In this document: one piece after another, positions 18,401 through 28,167 of the stretch
Layout of the letters: every line of letters starts with the position of its first letter
Numbering within the stretch: position 1 is the stretch's first letter
DNA from: a virus
Taxonomy: Duplodnaviria; Caudoviricetes
DNA: 64,000 nt
IMG/VR virus record: IMGVR_UViG_3300047313_000015
Span: 1-64,000 of that record
Reading direction: 5' to 3' (one strand)
Position numbers and translations under genes: made by a program
The notes under the pieces: model-generated
The model's database searches: none
Told to the model about the DNA's origin: nothing
The model's input: only the letters and a program-made list of their open reading frames with translations

Positions 18401-21243
18401 GCAGTCTTGGTGTTGTCGGAGTTCCATACCCTCAGCGTAGGACCGTTATTACCGCTAGTCTCAGAAGCCATTCCTGATCCACCGGTGTTCCCGGCGTCAT
18501 CCAGGCTCCAGTGATAGATCGGGTGACTTCCCAGAACAGATTCTTTTGTCCATCCCGCGAGCGCATCCTTGCGGCCGAGGAAGGTCAGCACATCACCCCC
18601 GCTGATGTTTACCGACGATACCAGGCCGTTGTTAGTGAAATCGTAGGCGCTGTCCGTCAGCAGGCCATCAGCCCGGGTGTTCCATACGCCGAACTCATCG
18701 GCGACATTGATCTGGTAGCGGCGGGCCAGGGTCATGTTACCACCGATAAGAGCGACAATAGAGGTGCTCTTCCCACGGGTGAACAGACCGGTATCATTCT
18801 GTAGGGTAAAGGATGCGGTAGAGGCCTGGACATCGCTCATAGCATCCTGGCGGCCCCGGGTCATACCGATACCAAGATTCATCCGGACCCACATGGACAC
18901 GTCCATGAAGCTCTGCCCGGCCCGGCTGCCCGCTGCGAATACAGGGTTAACCCAGTCGATGAGAACCTGTACATCTGACTGGGCTATATAGGACAGCTCG
19001 ATATGGTTTACATCACCCTTGTTGGACTCCGCCACTGTATATACCAGCTTGCATTTAGCGGCGGTAACCGGAGACGATCCGGAGAAGGTAAGTGGGATCC
19101 ATGCACTGCCCGGGGACGCGCTGAGAGATCCAGGATCCTGCCGGATGAGAACGTTACCGGAAGTGTACCACTGGACGTTGAGCTGGCAGTCACGCACTCC
19201 TGCGGGCAGCATGAACCCGGATGCTATATACGGCTTATTAGGCTGGACATTGTAGAACCCGGTAGCGATCTGCGTCAGGCCATCAGCAGAGCTAGACCAG
19301 GACAGACTGTTAGATCCGGCCAGTGAAATGGCTGAGTTCTGTGCCGGAGCGCCAGCATTGATATCGGCTGCCCAGGTGAACCCGCCCGTCTCTCCCGTCG
19401 CGTCAGCCGGGGTCAGAAGGTTGTTAGGCAGGGCTGTGATTGGTGCACCGCCCGCACCGCCAGGCAGGATGGTGATAGTCTGCGGGGCGTCACCTGTCAC
19501 GCTGTGAGTGTCCGTTGCACGGATGGTAAACGAGAAGGTGCCGTTCACTGAGGGAGTGCCGGAAATAACGCCTGAGGACAGGCTCAGGCCCGTAGGGAGG
19601 GTGCCTACAGGGATCGTCCACGTGTAGGGGCCGACGCCGCCTGAAGCCTCAAGGGTCTGTGAGTAGGCTTCCCCCTGGACCCCGTTGCACATGTCGAATA
19701 CGCTGATCACCGGATTGACTCTGGTGGTGATCTCACCCACTGACCAGGCGGCGGAGGTAATGGTGCCGCTAGCGGTAAGAGCAGTTGTAGCATTCACGAT
19801 CTGGTATGCCGCGCTTATCCTGGCACCTGCACCACCCTGCACGTTAGCCACCACGTTAGATGACCATGGTGCGGCCCAGGCCGGGACACCACCGGCAGCA
19901 GCATCCACGATAAAGGCGATGGCGTGTTCCTCAGCCTGTGTCAGAGTTCCTGACGATCCCGAGGTAGGAGCGGTGCTGGATCCGGAAGAGGTAGCGAACT
20001 TGTCGATTATGAACACGTTGTTGTCGCCTACTGCAATGGCTCCCTGAACGCTGGCGTTAGACGAGTAGACAACATTGATCGTGTCCACCCCGCCGGTCAG
20101 GACACTCGACTGGTCAGACTGGAATACGTGCTGCTGTGCACCAGCCTGACTAAGGTTACCCAGAATCTCCGTGTAGTTGTTACCGGCCGTGTCCGAGATG
20201 GAAACCGTCACACCGGCAGAAGCAACGAGAACACCGACAACAATGCTGTCCCCGAGCGCCACTGAATTGCTGACCGGAACCGACAGCAATGTGCTTCCGC
20301 CCGAGGGAGCGGAGTTGGATCCGACATAGTAAGGGTTGCCCGGAGTTACCGCAGGGTTGACAATGATCGTCTGTGAAGCCGAACCAGTCAGTGAGTTACC
20401 GTCCGTGGCCTGGATGGTAAAGGTGAATGTACCCGTGCCGGTAGGCGTGCCGCTCCATACGCCAGCGCTGCTGATCGAGATACCAGTCGGCAGGGTACCG
20501 GCAGTCTTTGCCCATGTGTAGGTTCCTGTGCCGCCGGATGCGGTTTCCTGCGGGGCACTGTAAGGGGAGTTCTGGACACCATTAGGAAGCGGGGGGCTGG
20601 TAACGGTAATGGTGCTGGTCGTCTTGAGGGTCAGAACCTGAGCTGTCCACTTGGCTGATGAGATGGTGCCGTTAGCCGTAACAGCAGTCGTGGCGTTGAC
20701 CCGTTTGTACGCAAGGGAAACCCAGTTACCGGTAGTTATGGTGGCACTGGTAAGTTTAGTCCATCCGGCAGCCCATGCCGGATCGCCACCGGAAGGCGCA
20801 CTTCCGATGACTCCGATAACCACCTCAGATGCTTGCGTCAAGGTGGGGGAGGTAACAGAAGGAGATGGGCTTCCCGCCGAATCCGCTACATTTTTCTGAT
20901 CCAGGGAGGTAGTGGATGTACCCGGGACGGCTATCACAATAGCGGTCTTAGTAGGTGAAGAAAGACCGTAGGTCACTGTAATGGTGTCCCCAGCCTGCAA
21001 GGCGGTGGTGGCCCCGTCAGCCAGGAATGTATAGGTAGGGATACCAAGGCCGGGGGTGTCACTTTCCTGGAGGGTGTAGGTATTACCCCTCGTGTCAGTT
21101 ACACCCGTGGCACCACCGGAACCGGAAATGACCGTACTCACAACAATATGGTCACCGGCCGCTGTAGCCTTGGTGACCGTCAGAGGGAGTGTGGTACTAG
21201 CCCAGGTCGAACCTGGATTAGTTACCACGTATGGGTCAGCCAT
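15454..21243 (-). CDS. large tail-tip protein (Ig/He_PIG repeats, carbohydrate-binding and LamG-like domains)
   Basis: 1929 aa right after the TMP; GGxGxYTW...LPxGL...ISGTP repeats; YHWSLDD...RALSPNEI LamG signature. Confidence 0.85.
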   Translation of the reverse strand: MADPYVVTNPGSTWASTTLPLTVTKATAAGDHIVVSTVISGSGGATGVTDTRGNTYTLQESDTPGLGIPTYTFLADGATTALQAGDTITVTYGLSSPTKTAIVIAVPGTSTTSLDQKNVADSAGSPSPSVTSPTLTQASEVVIGVIGSAPSGGDPAWAAGWTKLTSATITTGNWVSLAYKRVNATTAVTANGTISSAKWTAQVLTLKTTSTITVTSPPLPNGVQNSPYSAPQETASGGTGTYTWAKTAGTLPTGISISSAGVWSGTPTGTGTFTFTIQATDGNSLTGSASQTIIVNPAVTPGNPYYVGSNSAPSGGSTLLSVPVSNSVALGDSIVVGVLVASAGVTVSISDTAGNNYTEILGNLSQAGAQQHVFQSDQSSVLTGGVDTINVVYSSNASVQGAIAVGDNNVFIIDKFATSSGSSTAPTSGSSGTLTQAEEHAIAFIVDAAAGGVPAWAAPWSSNVVANVQGGAGARISAAYQIVNATTALTASGTITSAAWSVGEITTRVNPVISVFDMCNGVQGEAYSQTLEASGGVGPYTWTIPVGTLPTGLSLSSGVISGTPSVNGTFSFTIRATDTHSVTGDAPQTITILPGGAGGAPITALPNNLLTPADATGETGGFTWAADINAGAPAQNSAISLAGSNSLSWSSSADGLTQIATGFYNVQPNKPYIASGFMLPAGVRDCQLNVQWYTSGNVLIRQDPGSLSASPGSAWIPLTFSGSSPVTAAKCKLVYTVAESNKGDVNHIELSYIAQSDVQVLIDWVNPVFAAGSRAGQSFMDVSMWVRMNLGIGMTRGRQDAMSDVQASTASFTLQNDTGLFTRGKSTSIVALIGGNMTLARRYQINVADEFGVWNTRADGLLTDSAYDFTNNGLVSSVNISGGDVLTFLGRKDALAGWTKESVLGSHPIYHWSLDDAGNTGGSGMASETSGNNGPTLRVWNSDNTKTATIAWQDTSGGVETLANAVAPGKPDGGEFWQPGSNQPTTAVRGLDAGVAGPFTSPQGSVYLVPKLTAQTAVNWFTGNIGYQLQSPLPVPLTPATSDYTFECWFTMDPGIKTNIASKFGPYVPLSLGNSVDGSTLVAGIFLTGASPHSFKVNTYAQPPAFLGKNFPGNGPPSTVQSISQNLPADSVPLPHHLAIVVIGGTSPLVIAYLDGLQFGATFNLPSGQRYDNIVLGGTYGGMGCHWGAVSLASVYDRALSPNEIGTHCQMGQYGSWEQTTDDCISTIASFSDTPSFWLSLTGNHNGLSLTDYQDIAGSAALSSMQIYEKAENGLLFVDATGKLSFHTRDRRQGKGSPDLLLGPDVFDGTQMGWTVSDQFLTNEMGVSSQTFQTGASFINKASQDNYGIYAQNSVHSPLQLPLITWSRAFGSLGMTSFYYFSDPNLDDRAAWEANSRSEPWMFPSSITIDLKTLNKTSTGLGTSSFYAIDIDSLVAPTGTLPASFPDASQSREWFVEGVSENITDQIHTIAFYCSPAETQRAWKPGDSTYGVLGTTTRIGISQADSGPEVVAGKNTNHDAGRPYWPPQFGATMNNPAADSHGFVGGLDIRGITDNLSLLTSPPMLVVGATNQAQSFPSGTNSTPQVFWDNIYVDTENGMGLMPGWPNWYVVSVPGFYDIDASLVWAAGTINAGFACAGLICVAQAAAQGLAAGTVNPVTNGSYVAPVGEQVRINVVTQNPIDCPTTRMYLGVGDMVTVTGFQSSGAARNTGVGVGGSKFSMMWRGWSQIDDRVQFNSLITGGTVTNAKVTTTNTKTYLNTHTYAYFGKQNNPPWNRRNTDLNTYQGLPEPNNANGSESTQIVFPYSQINADLNPGGGAIVAIKSVKLTGTNISAGAGSGVRGLFGYSTQVPGAGTFDATSVTNRNVTQQWFNVGKSATFTLPSAFATNFQGSGKFILLGNGSTVKVDEYGVWKGGPNSWQLTITYTVSV

Positions 21244-21263
21244 TCACTTTCTTCCTGATCGCC

Positions 21264-24200
21264 TTAACCAATGCCTGTATCTCTTCCGCCCTGATGCCGC
21301 TTATAGTCGCGGATCTTCTGGATGATCCTTCTTGCCGCAGCATCTGGATCGGTATCGCCCTGGACATAGATGTTATATACATCCCCGCCACCCCGGCCAG
21401 CATGGCCGGATCCTGCGCTCATCGGAGCGAAGAACTCCGCACCATTCTCACCAAAAGCGTACTCCTGTCCCGACATCCCCCAGCCAATTACGTGCTCCCG
21501 TAGTATACCACCGGTAGAAAATCCACGGCGTCGGCCATGCGGAATCTTGAACCAGATAGAAGCTTCCTTGCCCAGGTCACGGCCTAGCTGCTGGAACAGC
21601 TTCCTCAGATGGTCACGCTGAGCGAACAGTCCCTGGTAGAACGCCTTTCCGGTCTTCCATTCTCCCAGGTCAAGAGCACTGGCAGCACCCTTGGAGATCC
21701 TGCGCTCTTCCTTGGTTAGCTGGCCTTCCTCACGATTGAGCTGCTTGATGAAGGCACCTCCACCGGAGATCAGCTCCTGCGCGTACTCAAGACCCTGGTC
21801 AGGACCCATGTCAATGATCTGGCGGAACAGTGAGCCTCGAAGTCCCATCTGGTGCAGCTTCTTCAGCGCGTTCCCGAACTTCCGCATGGTGTGTATCTTC
21901 TGGGTAAGCTGTAGCTTGATACCCTGGCCACCAGACAGCGCTACATTGTCACCGACACCAGCGGTCGGGCCGATAGTCAGCCCGGACAGATCGCCGTAAC
22001 CAGCCAGCCCCTGCATGATGTTTCTCTTGTCGGCGTACAGCTTGCTGATCGTCTGACGGTTAGCGTTGACGCGATCACGGATGTTCTCCATCGCGACCAC
22101 CTGGCGGGTCAGGACATTTTCACGCCGTATCGCTGCTGGTCCGGTGGTATACGTTCCGATTAGCGTCAGCATCTTGTCCATTATGCCGACCAGGGTCTTA
22201 TCGCTGGTCTTGCCAACGCTGATAGAACCGATAGAACGAAGAATCTGGATACCGGCTTCAGCTTCCTTGCTGATCTTTGACGTACCGGTAGCGAACATCT
22301 GAAGAGCCTGCATGGTGTGCGTGTTGTTCAGAACTTCTTCGCCACCGCGCATGTGAACCAGCTCGGGACCGCGTTCCCCGACCACTGACCAGCCTGGCTT
22401 TGCGAACGGGGTACCGTTGGCCATGAACTGAAGGTAGGCGCCATTGGTGTAGGTTGACCATGCACCAAGTCCCTGTGACCGCCACTTGTCCACAGCCATT
22501 CTGGCGTTGGTAAACTCGTTGTACGGGTTACCCGGGAACGGCAGGCCAAGAATTTGCCACAGACCAGCAGCACCGGAAGGGTTGTGGGCCATAGCACGTC
22601 CACCGGACTCGGCCATGGCGATAGCCGACATCAGGTGAGCCATGCTAGGAGGGCCACCAGCAGCAATCCATAGCTGGCCAAGCTGGTTTTCCTTGGCGGT
22701 GCCTCCAGATCCACCGCCACCCCGCATGAAGCCACCAGGCGGAATACGGAATCCCATGTTACCGGCAGTGCTGCCCATGACGGTGCCAATACCAGTACCA
22801 GCAGCATCGGCCATCCGGCCATTACCCATGCTGATTCCTACGTGACCCGGCGGCGGTCCACCGGCCGGGGAGTTGAAGAACACCATAGCACCAGGCACGT
22901 CAGGAGAGTGCTGGCCCCAGGTGTACTGCGACTCGGAGGTACGTGGCGGTGCATAGCCAAAGTGCTTGTAGATAAAGCTGGTAAACCCGGAGCAGTCCCA
23001 TCCGCTCGGGCTCATGCCGCCCCACACATAAGGATGGTTGTTACCGGTAGCGAAGGATGCTGCCAGCTTGGCGATAGCCCCGCCACCACCCGCCGCCATA
23101 GCACGCTTCATAGCGTCGAACATGGCGTGTTCCATGGACAGTGTGAACTTGTCCGTGAACCTCTGGTCAAAACCGACCGCAGCGTTGCCGGTAAGAACAC
23201 CCTTGTTACCGGCCATGATAACGCCTTCAGCATAACCAGGTACGCCGTTAGCGGCCAGCCAGGGAGCCACATACGGGGACAGGTGCTTAGGTACGACTGA
23301 CTCGCCACCCTCAAGCAGAGCCGGGAATCTGTCTCCGCCACCAAATCCTGGAAGCACCGTCACACCCTTGGCAAGCAGGTGCCCGCCAGAAGGACCGATA
23401 CCACCCGGGAACTTGGCATTGTTCGGGAAGCTTTCCCTGATGCCGAACTTACCCAGGCCGACCTCGGTGATGGTGATAGCCTTCTTCAGCGGGATATGAT
23501 CCATCTTGGCGATCATTTCCGCGATGGCCTGCTTACTGTCCCCAGCGTTGTGCATGGTCTGGATGATGGACTGGTTCATCACATCTTCGGCGGCCTTGGC
23601 CTGCTTGGACTTAACGCCCCAGTGCGCGATAGCGGTACCGTAGTTATCTACAGCCGTCTTTACCTTGCCATACTTCAGCTCAGCCATGTCCAGTTCACGG
23701 AGAAGCGTGTTAGCAATATAGCCGCCCTGGTCACGCATGGCCGTGGTCAGCAGTGATTCCTGAAGCGTAGCCTGGTCCGTTACATGCTTGACTATCCGGA
23801 GAGAATCATGCGTGTTACCCAGCCATTTCACCAGACCCTGCATCGAGGTGATAGCTGGTGCCCCGCCCTCACGGGCGAGACCGATAAGCTGTGCTGTCGC
23901 CTCAGCGCTTCCACGGGCATACTTGACCAGCGGTGCGATAGAGTCCTTCACACCACGGGTGAACATGTCACTGGTGATACCCGCCTGACGCCAGGAGTCG
24001 ATCATGGCGTTGGTATTGCTGACCTGCGTAGCAAACGCCTGGCTCAGGGCAATACCGGACTTGGACAGCGAGTCGATAGGCGCCCGGACAAGCTGAAACT
24101 TGTCCTTGATCTTCCCTACGGAAACCGATACCGCTGACCCGTTCTTGTTGGCCTTATCAAATGCCGAACTAAGAGTCTGGATACCCTGAACAGTGGTGTC

Positions 24201-26135
24201 GAAGCTGGTCTGAGTGTTAGTAAGGTTGCCGATGAACTGGTCCCATGCCTGGTTAAGCTTCTGCATGGCCTGGTACTGATCGGTGATACCGACGTCCATG
24301 ACCTTCAGGTCATTGCCAAGCGTACCGGACTGCTGGCCCATGGCCTTGTAACCAGCCAGCGTGCCGTTCATCTTCTGAGTCAGGATCAGCCATCCCTCAG
24401 CCGACTTATCCTGCCATTCCTGCTGTGTTACACCGGCCGCCGTCAGTAGCGCGGCAGCATTCTTGGTGCCGCCGTAAGCTCTAGCCAGACCGTTCATCCT
24501 GCCCTGGCTGAACTGCATCTCCGCAGAGAATCTTCTCGTCTGTCCCTGGAGACCCTGCACGATACCCTGCTGCTCACGGTACGCGCCGGAAACAACCCGG
24601 GTAGTCATACCAGTGTGGACATTGACAGCATCCATGTACTTCTGGGTACCGGCCAGCTTAGCCTGAGCCGCATTCAGTCTGTCAGTGGTGGCAGTGAGAG
24701 CGAACTGGGTGAGCTTGAATCCCTGTGACACACTGGAAGCGTTATCGATGTTCTGCTGAAGCGAGTCACCCCATTTCTGTGTCTCGTCCTTGTTCTTGGA
24801 CATCCAGAACGCAAGGCCAGCCAGGGCACCGATGGCGGCACCGATCCAGATCAGCGGGTTATCTGCCAGGAGAGCAAGGGCCCCCGATAGGGCGGTGGAG
24901 GCAGCCGTCGCAATACCCTCAGTGAAGGCCAGAACGGTAATACGGGCAATGAATATGGCGAGGGTCTTGATGGCACCGCCGATAACAGTGGCGCTAAGAG
25001 CGATAATGGCCTTACCCAGGAAGAACGCAGCGGAAGCGCCAAGACCAGCCCAGACGATGAACCCGTGGATACGCAGGCCAAGGCCGATAACAGGTTCCAT
25101 GGCCCGGGTTACGAACTCAGCCAGCCTCAGGAACCCGTCACCGAAGGCCAGCAGAATCTGGGCATAGCCAGGCATAACATGCAGGATGTTACCGATGATC
25201 CCGAACAGGTTACCGAAGGCGTCCGTGACCTTGGCCAGGTCAGGGATGGCGTTCTTCATGAACTCGCCAAATCCCTTACCTGATGTAATAGCCACCGTCA
25301 TACGTGCTGCCAGGTGAGTCATTACCCCGGCAGTTCCGGTAGCCAGCGTCTTGAAGAGGCCAGTCTTCTCGTTCATGATCGTCAGTGCATCACCGAAGAT
25401 CTGGTAAACCGCAGGACGGACAGCTTCGTGGAGCTTCTCCATATTACCCGTCATGGGCTTAATGACCTTGTTGGTCGCGTCCATGACGATATGGAGGTTG
25501 TTCATGTGGTTATAGACTTCACGGGCAGCGTCAGAACCGGCGATACCGAAGGCACCCAGAGCCAGGGTAGCCGGGATAATAACAGCCAGTACCTCAGCGA
25601 TAGCGTCAACCAGCAGGTGAACGGCACCGATACCACCGGCAAGACCGCCGAACAGCGCTACCTTACCGCCGACCAGCCCGCCAAGCAGACCAAACCCCTT
25701 GCCCGGGGTGAACATCCTGGTCAGGCGGGTGCTTTGCTTATCCGCTTCGTTACCGAAATCAGCAACACTTCTTTGCAACTTGCCGAATGCCAGGTCGGTA
25801 GATGCCACCAGCGTGTTAGCCCTGGCTAGTTGATCGGTACTGATCTTAGGTTTGATAAAGATCTTATCCAGCTTCAGGAACGCCTGTTCGACACGGGCAG
25901 CCGCCAGCAGGGAAGGCTTGTCATCAGCATCGATAGTCAGCTTAGTGTGGAGATCCTTCAGGGTCTGTAGTGTGGCTCTCAGACGAGCTAGCTTGGCATC
26001 AGGCGTGTCCGCATCGATCTTGACAGTCGTTTTTGACTTGTCAAGCTTCTCGCGCTCCCGGTTTGTCCAGTCCATCTCCGCGCGGGCATGGCGACCGTCA
26101 CCCATGATCTTCAGCGTGACTATCCTGATCGGCAT
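21264..26135 (-). CDS. tape measure protein with NlpC/P60 and lysozyme-like domains
   Basis: 1623 aa; YVWGG...DCSG...HVGI; AIAMAESGG...GLWQI. Confidence 0.92.
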   Translation of the reverse strand: MPIRIVTLKIMGDGRHARAEMDWTNREREKLDKSKTTVKIDADTPDAKLARLRATLQTLKDLHTKLTIDADDKPSLLAAARVEQAFLKLDKIFIKPKISTDQLARANTLVASTDLAFGKLQRSVADFGNEADKQSTRLTRMFTPGKGFGLLGGLVGGKVALFGGLAGGIGAVHLLVDAIAEVLAVIIPATLALGAFGIAGSDAAREVYNHMNNLHIVMDATNKVIKPMTGNMEKLHEAVRPAVYQIFGDALTIMNEKTGLFKTLATGTAGVMTHLAARMTVAITSGKGFGEFMKNAIPDLAKVTDAFGNLFGIIGNILHVMPGYAQILLAFGDGFLRLAEFVTRAMEPVIGLGLRIHGFIVWAGLGASAAFFLGKAIIALSATVIGGAIKTLAIFIARITVLAFTEGIATAASTALSGALALLADNPLIWIGAAIGALAGLAFWMSKNKDETQKWGDSLQQNIDNASSVSQGFKLTQFALTATTDRLNAAQAKLAGTQKYMDAVNVHTGMTTRVVSGAYREQQGIVQGLQGQTRRFSAEMQFSQGRMNGLARAYGGTKNAAALLTAAGVTQQEWQDKSAEGWLILTQKMNGTLAGYKAMGQQSGTLGNDLKVMDVGITDQYQAMQKLNQAWDQFIGNLTNTQTSFDTTVQGIQTLSSAFDKANKNGSAVSVSVGKIKDKFQLVRAPIDSLSKSGIALSQAFATQVSNTNAMIDSWRQAGITSDMFTRGVKDSIAPLVKYARGSAEATAQLIGLAREGGAPAITSMQGLVKWLGNTHDSLRIVKHVTDQATLQESLLTTAMRDQGGYIANTLLRELDMAELKYGKVKTAVDNYGTAIAHWGVKSKQAKAAEDVMNQSIIQTMHNAGDSKQAIAEMIAKMDHIPLKKAITITEVGLGKFGIRESFPNNAKFPGGIGPSGGHLLAKGVTVLPGFGGGDRFPALLEGGESVVPKHLSPYVAPWLAANGVPGYAEGVIMAGNKGVLTGNAAVGFDQRFTDKFTLSMEHAMFDAMKRAMAAGGGGAIAKLAASFATGNNHPYVWGGMSPSGWDCSGFTSFIYKHFGYAPPRTSESQYTWGQHSPDVPGAMVFFNSPAGGPPPGHVGISMGNGRMADAAGTGIGTVMGSTAGNMGFRIPPGGFMRGGGGSGGTAKENQLGQLWIAAGGPPSMAHLMSAIAMAESGGRAMAHNPSGAAGLWQILGLPFPGNPYNEFTNARMAVDKWRSQGLGAWSTYTNGAYLQFMANGTPFAKPGWSVVGERGPELVHMRGGEEVLNNTHTMQALQMFATGTSKISKEAEAGIQILRSIGSISVGKTSDKTLVGIMDKMLTLIGTYTTGPAAIRRENVLTRQVVAMENIRDRVNANRQTISKLYADKRNIMQGLAGYGDLSGLTIGPTAGVGDNVALSGGQGIKLQLTQKIHTMRKFGNALKKLHQMGLRGSLFRQIIDMGPDQGLEYAQELISGGGAFIKQLNREEGQLTKEERRISKGAASALDLGEWKTGKAFYQGLFAQRDHLRKLFQQLGRDLGKEASIWFKIPHGRRRGFSTGGILREHVIGWGMSGQEYAFGENGAEFFAPMSAGSGHAGRGGGDVYNIYVQGDTDPDAAARRIIQKIRDYKRHQGGRDTGIG

Positions 26136-26137
26136 AT

Positions 26138-26323
26138 CTACCCTCCCCGCTGCTGTTGCTGTTGCTTCCGATGTTCCATTACCTGTTCAACGAAAAGGAC
26201 GAGCTTCGCAAAATCGTGCATGCGCAGCCCGTCCAGTTCACGTGGTCCTATGTGAAGAATTTCAGCGAAGAGGCCGAGGAACCGATTACGCAGCTCCACT
26301 ATGTCTCCGCCCAGTAGCCTCAC
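26138..26323 (-). CDS. tail assembly chaperone, frameshift extension (gpT-like)
   Basis: in the -1 frame reached from slippery CCCAAAA at 26350-26356. Confidence 0.75.
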   Translation of the reverse strand: MRLLGGDIVELRNRFLGLFAEILHIGPRELDGLRMHDFAKLVLFVEQVMEHRKQQQQQRGG

Positions 26324-26343
26324 AGTGTTGTAATCAGGTGGCC

Positions 26344-26652
26344 TTACTCTTTTGGGGCCGCTCCTTCTTCTTCGCTGGCTTCCTTCTCAGCGGCTTCCTT
26401 CTCCACCGCGTCCTGAATGGCGTTCGCCAGCTTCACGATCTTGAAGTTGACATCATCAATGTCCACCCGCTGCCCGGACTGGGTTAGCATCAGCCAGTAG
26501 ACGGCTCTCAGCGCGTCAGGATCGCCCTCGGTAAGACCCGTGTCCAGGGAGAGCAGGGTGAGCCCCAGCTTCCGCTTCAGAACGGTAGCCTGCTGAACGT
26601 CGATATCCTCAAGATCGAAGTTAAGTACCTGATCCTCGTAATGAACCTTCAT
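26344..26652 (-). CDS. tail assembly chaperone (gpG-like)
   Basis: upstream of TMP, ends GCC CCA AAA GAG TAA. Confidence 0.8.
   Translation of the reverse strand: MKVHYEDQVLNFDLEDIDVQQATVLKRKLGLTLLSLDTGLTEGDPDALRAVYWLMLTQSGQRVDIDDVNFKIVKLANAIQDAVEKEAAEKEASEEEGAAPKE
26350..26356 (-). other. -1 programmed frameshift slippery site C CCA AAA
   Basis: X XXY YYZ heptamer; -1 frame is open into 26138-26323. Confidence 0.75.
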
Positions 26653-26667
26653 GCCTCTGCCTCCTAA

Positions 26668-27033
26668 TTAAACGTATCCGGACTCCTTCGCCCAGATGCC
26701 TATTGTTACGTCTGCGTATACATCGGCTGCTTCATCCATCGATTTTTCCGCGCCGATCTCCATGAACGGACGGTAGGGCTGGGTGTACCAGTGGCGTCTG
26801 TTACCGAACAGCGGGTGACGGGCACCGGCTTCCTCGAACATCCAGGCGTTCGGGGCCTCATGACCACCGACACCACCAGCGGTGACGTAAGCAATACCGG
26901 CCCTGATGAACATCCTGATAGTGGGCGGGATCTTCTTCGAGGGCAGGTCTCTTGCGGCCTGCCAGATACCGTCTTCAATGACCGTCGCAGCAGCCTTCAG
27001 GCCCTCATCCTCTGCGGTTCTGCTAAGTGCCAT
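26668..27033 (-). CDS. neck / tail-completion protein (HK97 gp10-like)
   Basis: RHPLFGNR..W..QP.RPF motif. Confidence 0.65.
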   Translation of the reverse strand: MALSRTAEDEGLKAAATVIEDGIWQAARDLPSKKIPPTIRMFIRAGIAYVTAGGVGGHEAPNAWMFEEAGARHPLFGNRRHWYTQPYRPFMEIGAEKSMDEAADVYADVTIGIWAKESGYV

Positions 27034-27298
27034 TTGTCTCCCAGGCCATACCGTTAGCGGTGAGCCATTCGTCGTCCTGCTCAGTCCGGTAGAAATCTCC
27101 CATTGCCGTCCGGGTAGTTACCTTCTTGTTCCCGATGACGGACGCGTGGTTGGCGAACATGTTCCCCTGAAACAGGATAGTCTGCCGGTAAATGGGTGTG
27201 TGCTTCTCCAGCACCCGGCGCCCGCATTCGTAGCAGATCCATTCCCCGACGCCGTTTTCCATGGGACCGTTGAGGTACATCTCGTGAACCCCTGACAT
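27023..27298 (-). CDS. hypothetical protein
   Basis: GGAAGG RBS; CYECG. Confidence 0.55.
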   Translation of the reverse strand: MSGVHEMYLNGPMENGVGEWICYECGRRVLEKHTPIYRQTILFQGNMFANHASVIGNKKVTTRTAMGDFYRTEQDDEWLTANGMAWETNGT

Positions 27299-27327
27299 GG
27301 CACACCTTCCCAGTGCCAGCCTGGCAC

Positions 27328-27705
27328 TTAGACGCGGGCGCTGTTCTGGAAATATAGTCCTGCTGTGTCACCAGTTACAGTACCAGACTTGTCAATCTGG
27401 ATAAGTCCGCTACCATCGTTATAGTTCGAAGGGCCCCATGGTCCCAGAATGTAGGTAGTGCTGGCGGCCACTGCTATGACCAGCGGGGCGGGCAGTGAAC
27501 CATCGGTCGCCCTCGTGAAGATAATGCTGATGTTACCGTTGTTACCAGCGGCCACGACGTACCTCAGAAGGATACCGCCGTTATTGGCAAAGTTAACGCC
27601 AGTGAAGCCGGTGATAGAGGTAGCTTCTGCGGCTGGCAGAGCAAGTCCAGCGCCAGGACCAGGCCCGAGGAACAGCGTAGGGGCTGGAAGTAGGGTACGA
27701 GCCAT
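27328..27705 (-). CDS. virion structural protein
   Basis: beta-rich ORF after the major tail gene. Confidence 0.65.
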   Translation of the reverse strand: MARTLLPAPTLFLGPGPGAGLALPAAEATSITGFTGVNFANNGGILLRYVVAAGNNGNISIIFTRATDGSLPAPLVIAVAASTTYILGPWGPSNYNDGSGLIQIDKSGTVTGDTAGLYFQNSARV

Positions 27706-27747
27706 GTTGGTTTCCTTCTACTTGAGAGCGGCTGGTAGGCTGTCTGT

Positions 27748-28164
27748 ATGAAGATTGATCCTGCCGCGAGAGCGGCCATCCATGAACTACGTGCTACCGG
27801 ACTGACCATGCAGGCCATCGCGGATAAGATTGGGTGCAGCTTGACTACGGTGCACCACATTCTGTATCCAGATCAGGAAGCTCTACGTCAGAGACGTAAC
27901 GCAAAAGACCGAGCCTTCGTAGATCGCCGCCGCAAGAAAATTCAGGACATCAAGATGGCTCGCGGTTGTGCTGACTGTGGTTACAACAAGTATCCTGAAG
28001 CGCTGGATTTTGATCATCGGCCCGGCACTGAAAAGTTGATCACCATCGGTGGTCAGCTTAAATCAGGTACATGGCAGTCTGTACTGGACGAAATAGCCAA
28101 ATGTGATGTAGTTTGCGCGAACTGCCACAGACATCGAACCAAATTGAGAAGATGTCCGATATGA
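27748..28164 (+). CDS. HNH endonuclease with N-terminal HTH, antisense insertion
   Basis: CADCG...LDFDH...CANCH; own leaderless promoter GCTGG-TAGGCT. Confidence 0.85.
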   Translation: MKIDPAARAAIHELRATGLTMQAIADKIGCSLTTVHHILYPDQEALRQRRNAKDRAFVDRRRKKIQDIKMARGCADCGYNKYPEALDFDHRPGTEKLITIGGQLKSGTWQSVLDEIAKCDVVCANCHRHRTKLRRCPI

Positions 28165-28167
28165 CCT

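Noticed and set aside
14296-21243. Diversity-generating retroelement acting on the tail-tip paralogs
   Set aside because: No reverse transcriptase in the window and no TR/VR pair with adenine-specific mismatches seen.
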